Assembly (NCBI GenBank): GCA_964431905.1
Contig: CAYSLE010000001.1
Coordinates: 1,185 to 50,649 of the forward strand
DNA: 49,465 nucleotides
Direction: 5' to 3'
From: an uncultured Dehalococcoidales bacterium
GTDB taxonomy: Bacteria > Chloroflexota > Dehalococcoidia > E44-bin15
The notes under the pieces are model-generated. The model searched no databases. It worked only from the letters and a program-made list of their open reading frames with translations, and was not told the DNA's origin. Positions 45,169 to 49,465 of this stretch are shown here, one piece after another. The position numbers were made by a program, and so were the translations under genes. How positions within the stretch are numbered: the first letter of the stretch is position 1; each line of letters starts with the position of its first letter.

Positions 45169-46398
45169 GTGGCTAAAAAGGCTAGTGAAGAAACGCTTTT
45201 GGGCGACCTCAGGGTTCTGGATCTCGCCGATGAAAAGGGTGTTTATTGCACCAAGATCCTCGCCGATTTGGGTGCTGAGGTCATCAAGATTGAAAGACCT
45301 GGGGGAGACCCGATGCGGGACAACGGCCCCTTCTACCACGATATCCCCCACCGGGAACGGAGCCTTTATTTCTGGCAATTCAACGCTAACAAGAAGGGCA
45401 TCACCCTCAATCTGGAGACCGTCGATGGAGGCATGCTCTTCAAGAGGTTGGTCAAGACAGCAGATATGCTGGTGGAGACATACAATCCGGGGTATTTGGA
45501 TGGACTGGGATTGGGCTATAAACAGCTTTCTAAGGTTAACCCGGCGCTTATCATGACCTCCATCACCCCTTTCGGCCAGACTGGCCCGTATAAAGACTAC
45601 AAAGGCTCGGACATCGTCGGCGTGGCCATGGGGGGGATGATGAACGTATGTGGCCATCGGGATACCCCTCCGGTTATGCCCTTTGGGGGGCAAGCCTACC
45701 ACACGGTGTCGAGTTATGCTGCCATCGCCTCCCTCATTGCCCTGCAATACAGGGACGCCACCGGCAAGGGGCAGCACATCGATGTCCCGATGCAGAGCTG
45801 CGTCGCCTTCTCCCTGGAATTCGCAAACCTCTGGTATATCTACTGGGGTGAGATTTTAGTGAGGCGGGGGACAGTCCATGGCTCATCAGGGGTAGGGGCT
45901 TACGCCCCCAATGTCTACCCTTGCCAGAATGGCCATATATGCACCTTCCCCGGCATCGTTCCCCAGGACTGGATCGAGGCCGATGGCATGATCGGCGACC
46001 TGAAAGAGCCGAAATGGCAAGACCCCTTCACCAAGCTTTCCCCGGAAGGTCAGGACCATGTCATGGAAGTCACCAGCGCTTGGATGAAAACCCATACCAA
46101 GGCCGAACTCTTCGAGGGCTGCCAGAATATGCATATTAGCTGGGCCCCGGTTAATACTCTTGAGGACCTCTTCAGCGATCCTCACCTCATCGATCGCGGT
46201 TTCTTTGTCCCCTTGCCGCACCCGGAATTGGGAGAGACCATAACCTACCCCGGTGCTCCGATGAAAATGAAGGAGACCCCCTGGAGACTGAGAAGGCGGG
46301 CCCCACTTATCGGGGAGCACAATGTTGAGATATATGAGAAAGAGCTGGGATTATCCCGGGAGCAGCTCGCCCTTCTCGCCGAAGGCGGGGTCATATAA
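45169..46398 (+). CDS. Family III CoA-transferase (CaiB/BaiF/Frc type)
   Basis: LRVLDLADEKGVYCTKILADLGAEVIKIERPGGDPMR is the family N-terminus; 409 aa; GTG start. Confidence 0.9.
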   Translation: MAKKASEETLLGDLRVLDLADEKGVYCTKILADLGAEVIKIERPGGDPMRDNGPFYHDIPHRERSLYFWQFNANKKGITLNLETVDGGMLFKRLVKTADMLVETYNPGYLDGLGLGYKQLSKVNPALIMTSITPFGQTGPYKDYKGSDIVGVAMGGMMNVCGHRDTPPVMPFGGQAYHTVSSYAAIASLIALQYRDATGKGQHIDVPMQSCVAFSLEFANLWYIYWGEILVRRGTVHGSSGVGAYAPNVYPCQNGHICTFPGIVPQDWIEADGMIGDLKEPKWQDPFTKLSPEGQDHVMEVTSAWMKTHTKAELFEGCQNMHISWAPVNTLEDLFSDPHLIDRGFFVPLPHPELGETITYPGAPMKMKETPWRLRRRAPLIGEHNVEIYEKELGLSREQLALLAEGGVI

Positions 46399-46408
46399 AG
46401 GAGGCGAC

Positions 46409-47641
46409 ATGAAAGGCGCGCTTGATGGGATAAGGGTTATCGACTTCACCCGAGTGCTAGCCGGACCGGGGGCAGCCCGGATGCTTGCCGACCATGGGGC
46501 TGAGGTGATAAAGATCGAGGTGGTCGGCGGCGAAGTGGCCAGGTATGTCATCCCGGCCAAAGATAACGTTATGGGCATAAACCGCAGCGGCTACTACAAT
46601 AATATAAATCGCAATAAGCTGGGGGTAACCCTCAATCTCGCCGATCCCCGAGGTGCAGAATTGGCTAAAAGGCTGGTAGCAACAGCCGATGTGGTGATCG
46701 AGAACTTCAGCGCTGGCGTGATGGACCGCCTCGGCCTGGGCTATGAAGCATTGAAGAAGGTGAAACCGGACATTATCATGGTGAGCATGCCCGGCTTCGG
46801 ACAAACAGGGCCCTACAAGACTTATGCCTCCTACGGCCCCACGCTCCATGCGGTGGCGGGCATGACCTACCTAACCGCCTTCCCCGACCATGAACCGGCA
46901 GGCTTCGGCTACTCCTACTCCGATTATACCGGTGGCTGGCCAGCCCAGTACTGCATTCTGGCAGCCCTTCACCGCCGGCGTAAGACGGGTAAGGGGCTTT
47001 TTATCGACGTCTCTCAGATGGAAGCCCTCTGCGCTCTCTACGGGGCGGCCATGCTCGACTATTCCGTCAACAAAAGGGCGGCACAGCCAACGGGCAATCG
47101 CCTCCCCCACCGCAGCGCCGCACCCCACGGTGCCTACCGCTGCCAGGGGGAGGACAGATGGTGCGTCATCTCTGTCTTCAGCGAAGAGGAGTGGCACGCC
47201 TTCTGCCAGGCTATGGGAAACCCCGATTGGGTCAGGGACGAAAAATTTTCCACCCTGCTCGGCAGAGCTGAGCATATGGATGAGCTGGACCGCTTGATCG
47301 AGGAGTGGACTAAAGAGCGGACGGCGGAAGAGGTGATGAAGCTCTTGCAGCGCGCTGGGGTGGCCGCCGGCGTGGTTCAGAATTCGCGGGACCTCTTCGA
47401 GAGCGACCCCCAGCTCAAGCACTACCAGTTCTTCAAGGAGATGGAGCATCCTGTGATCGGCAGGGCCGCCTTCGAGAATGTGCCCTTCAAGCTATCCAAG
47501 ACCTCGGCCGAACTGCGTCGCCCCGCTCCCCGACTAGGCGAGCACAATGAACAAGTCCTAAGCCAGCTTCTCTGCATGTCCCAAGAGGAGATCGCAAAAT
47601 ACGTGGAAGAAGGGGTCATCGGAACCCCCGACCTAGGTTGA
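46409..47641 (+). CDS. Family III CoA-transferase (second paralog)
   Basis: IRVIDFTRVLAGPGAARMLADHGAEVIKIE. ATG 46409 follows an AAAGGAGG SD; the listed ORF start at 46322 overlaps the upstream gene. Confidence 0.9.
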   Translation: MKGALDGIRVIDFTRVLAGPGAARMLADHGAEVIKIEVVGGEVARYVIPAKDNVMGINRSGYYNNINRNKLGVTLNLADPRGAELAKRLVATADVVIENFSAGVMDRLGLGYEALKKVKPDIIMVSMPGFGQTGPYKTYASYGPTLHAVAGMTYLTAFPDHEPAGFGYSYSDYTGGWPAQYCILAALHRRRKTGKGLFIDVSQMEALCALYGAAMLDYSVNKRAAQPTGNRLPHRSAAPHGAYRCQGEDRWCVISVFSEEEWHAFCQAMGNPDWVRDEKFSTLLGRAEHMDELDRLIEEWTKERTAEEVMKLLQRAGVAAGVVQNSRDLFESDPQLKHYQFFKEMEHPVIGRAAFENVPFKLSKTSAELRRPAPRLGEHNEQVLSQLLCMSQEEIAKYVEEGVIGTPDLG

Positions 47642-47658
47642 AAAGGAGTAGGCCGGCA

Positions 47659-49113
47659 TCAGGAGATAGCTCCTTTTCGCCGATAGTAGTTCACAAGGTG
47701 GGTGAGGGCATTGGCGGCTTGGGCTGCATCGGAGTAGACTGGGATCTTAGCCGCAACCAGATTCGCCATCTGCTCCGCTAGGCACCTCCAGCGCGGGTTA
47801 TCGAAATCTTCTGTGCCCAAAGCGCCGGTATTCAGCACCACCGTCACCGGCTTTTTCCTGCTTATCTCGATGACATCCTTAATCTGATTGCCGAGGATGG
47901 GAGCCAGCTCCATCGGAGAAAAAGGACCGCCTATAGCCACATTGGCGATGAGCAGGTCGAGCTGAGGGCTCTCAGCCATCATCCTCAATATCTGCCCTTG
48001 GAGATTGGTCATATGAGCTTCCTCGGGGAAGATGGATACATCTACCGGGTTTCTCAGCCAGCCCCACCAGAGCTCAGGCAATATCTTCCTAATCTCCTCC
48101 TCGATCTCTGGAGGAAGAGGCGCTATGTTGAAGCCGGCCTCCTCCCATTCATCGGCAGAGAGCACGCTTCGGCCACCACCTCCCCCCACTATGCCCACCC
48201 TGGTTCCTTGGACGGGGGGTAGGAAGGAGAAGGAGACCACCAGGTCTATCATCTCCTCCAGGGTTCGCGCCCGGACTGCCCCCGCCTGCCTTATGGCGGT
48301 CTCCCAGCTTTGTGCGGAACCAGCCAGGGCCGCGGTATGGGAGGCTGCCTGTCTGGCCCCAGCGCTGCTTCTACCCGCCTTCAAAATGATGACCGGCTTG
48401 AAACGGGTCGCCCGACCCAGGGCGCTGAGGAAAGCCTTTCCATCGTTTAAGCCCTCAATGTAGCTGGCGATTACCCCGGTTTCATCATCCTGAGAGAGAT
48501 ATTGGAGGAAGTCGGTTTCATTCAGGTCCAGGGCATTGCCATAGCTTATGACTTTGCTGAAGCGGACGCCCCGCAGCGCAGCATAATAAATGAACTCGGT
48601 AGCAGCGCCACCGCTCTGGGAAAACACGCCTACATTGCCTGCCTCCTGGGGAAAGTCATAGGCGAAGGCGATCCCCTCTTTAGGATGGTAGAGGCCCATG
48701 CAGTTGGGGCCGAGGATGCGTATGCCCAACTCCCTGGCCCGGCGCAATATCTCCTTTTCCAGCTTGGCCGCATCCTCATGCCCGGTCTCGCTAAGGCGAC
48801 CGGTGAACATGTGGACAAGCTTGACCTGCTTCTGCGGGCATTGCGCCAGAAGCTCAGGCACCTTGGCCGCAGGAAGGCAGCAGATGACATAATCGACAGG
48901 GACGGGGGCATCCTTCAAAGCGGGATAGGCTCTTAGGTCCAGGACTTCAGGCCAGTGGGGGGTTACTGGATAGATTTGGCCACGAAAGCCATAAGTCTTC
49001 AGGTGGAGCAGATAGCGGTATCCCATAGAGAAGGGGTTTCCCGAGGCTCCCACTACGGCGATGGAGCGGGGGTGGAAGGCAGCCTCCAATTGCTCTATGA
49101 CCATTGGCACCAT
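47659..49113 (-). CDS. ADP-forming acyl-CoA synthetase alpha-subunit-like protein (second paralog)
   Basis: PRSIAVVGASGNP CoA-binding N-terminus and phosphohistidine-loop-like AASHTAALAG; 484 aa. Paralog of 17444-18823. Confidence 0.8.
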   Translation of the reverse strand: MVPMVIEQLEAAFHPRSIAVVGASGNPFSMGYRYLLHLKTYGFRGQIYPVTPHWPEVLDLRAYPALKDAPVPVDYVICCLPAAKVPELLAQCPQKQVKLVHMFTGRLSETGHEDAAKLEKEILRRARELGIRILGPNCMGLYHPKEGIAFAYDFPQEAGNVGVFSQSGGAATEFIYYAALRGVRFSKVISYGNALDLNETDFLQYLSQDDETGVIASYIEGLNDGKAFLSALGRATRFKPVIILKAGRSSAGARQAASHTAALAGSAQSWETAIRQAGAVRARTLEEMIDLVVSFSFLPPVQGTRVGIVGGGGGRSVLSADEWEEAGFNIAPLPPEIEEEIRKILPELWWGWLRNPVDVSIFPEEAHMTNLQGQILRMMAESPQLDLLIANVAIGGPFSPMELAPILGNQIKDVIEISRKKPVTVVLNTGALGTEDFDNPRWRCLAEQMANLVAAKIPVYSDAAQAANALTHLVNYYRRKGAIS

Positions 49114-49256
49114 TATAATGCCTCACCCTACCTCTAGCAACGCTATTGAGGTTAGAAGCGCGTCGACTTGATAGAGAGGCCACCGCCAAAGCCCATCTTT
49201 GAGGCCTCAAAATCGGCTCGCCCCGGCCTTGGCTTCAGCATCGGCAACCCCACCGA

Positions 49257-49463
49257 CTAGCCCTGGCCTGCCAGCACCCGGATAAGCGGCGGGATGAGAC
49301 GGCAGGCCAGGTCCCTGCGGCTGCCGCCACAAAGGACCACGATGAGCCTGCCGTGGCAAATATCGTCAGCCGCGCTGTTGAGTTCCTGGGCGAGCCGCAC
49401 ATGGCAGTCGGGGGTGAGGCCGATGTCTCCGTATTCCCCCTGGGTCCCGTCATAGCCCCAATT
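49257..49463 (-). CDS. 3' end of a gene running off the window; weak histone-deacetylase/acetoin-utilisation-family resemblance
   Basis: An open frame not in the ORF track (no Met in the window) reads NWGYDGTQGEYGDIGLTPDCHVRLAQELNSAADDICHGRLIVVLCGGSRRDLACRLIPPLIRVLAGQG*, with the stop at 49257-49259. The pattern loosely matches GFDxHxxDPLGxLxLT...VLEGGY. The listed 72-aa ORF (49235-49453) is Ser/Ala/Arg-rich with no recognisable motif and is probably a shadow. Confidence 0.3.
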   Translation of the reverse strand, partial: NWGYDGTQGEYGDIGLTPDCHVRLAQELNSAADDICHGRLIVVLCGGSRRDLACRLIPPLIRVLAGQG

Positions 49464-49465
49464 CC

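Noticed and set aside
49198-49211. Perfect 14-bp palindrome TTTGAGGCCTCAAA downstream of the right-edge gene fragment
   Set aside because: It has no loop and no flanking U-tract, so it is a poor terminator. It is a single occurrence with nothing to tie it to a regulator.
49235-49453. Listed 72-aa ORF at the right edge
   Set aside because: It is Ser/Ala/Arg-rich with no recognisable motif. A different frame on the same strand is open to the window edge and reads like a genuine protein C-terminus.
1-49465. Window-wide look for CRISPR arrays, rRNA, integrases/transposases, reverse transcriptases, phage structural genes and additional in-frame-TGA selenoprotein candidates
   Set aside because: I saw no regularly spaced direct repeats. 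No ORF has recombinase, RT or capsid motifs. No other pair of adjacent same-frame ORFs is split by TGA. The only recoding event I can support is in selD.

Overview
Gene-dense bacterial chromosomal segment of about 60 genes. Spot counts put G+C in the high 50s percent. Ribosome-binding sites are strong GGAGG types, and many gene junctions are translationally coupled (ATGA or TAATG overlaps). I saw no rRNA, CRISPR array, transposase or integrase. Content from 5' to 3': glnS (5'-partial); a DUF4190 gene; a cluster of purine/pyrimidine-armed hairpin repeats; lspA-rluD; a run of DUF genes (Lin0512-like, DUF362, DUF72, DUF123); an alpha/beta hydrolase and rarA; a small lower-GC islet carrying a RelE/ParE-RHH toxin-antitoxin pair; an AmmeMemoRadiSam locus with fused B-A proteins; and a ~10-kb, nine-gene, tightly coupled CoA-centred operon. 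That operon holds two Cys-less thiolase-fold/DUF35 pairs, coaE, a CbbQ/NorQ-type AAA+ ATPase, an ADP-forming acyl-CoA-synthetase alpha-like protein, a CoA-pyrophosphatase-type Nudix and a 1063-aa CbbO/NorD-type VWA protein. Next come a divergent hsp20 / dnaJ-hspR-clpC heat-shock unit and PIN/TRAM-ispD-ispF-[low-GC HEPN-like orphan]-cysS. A complete selenocysteine locus follows: tRNA-Sec, selB, a UGA-recoded selD with a SECIS-like hairpin, a SAM methyltransferase, two TusA-like genes, a YedE/YeeE permease, and divergent selA plus a cysteine desulfurase. The window ends with an operon of a glutamate-synthase-like FMN protein, a ferredoxin, a LutB-like Fe-S protein and an archaeal-type NrpR-like regulator; two family-III CoA-transferases; a second ACD-alpha paralog; and a 3' gene fragment at the right edge. 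The best candidates for something new are the HEPN-like insert at 30208-31035 and the split AAA+/VWA pair embedded in the CoA operon. The ORF track hides two features: tRNA-Sec and the Sec codon of selD. Taxon guess (inference only): an anaerobic Chloroflexota-like bacterium.
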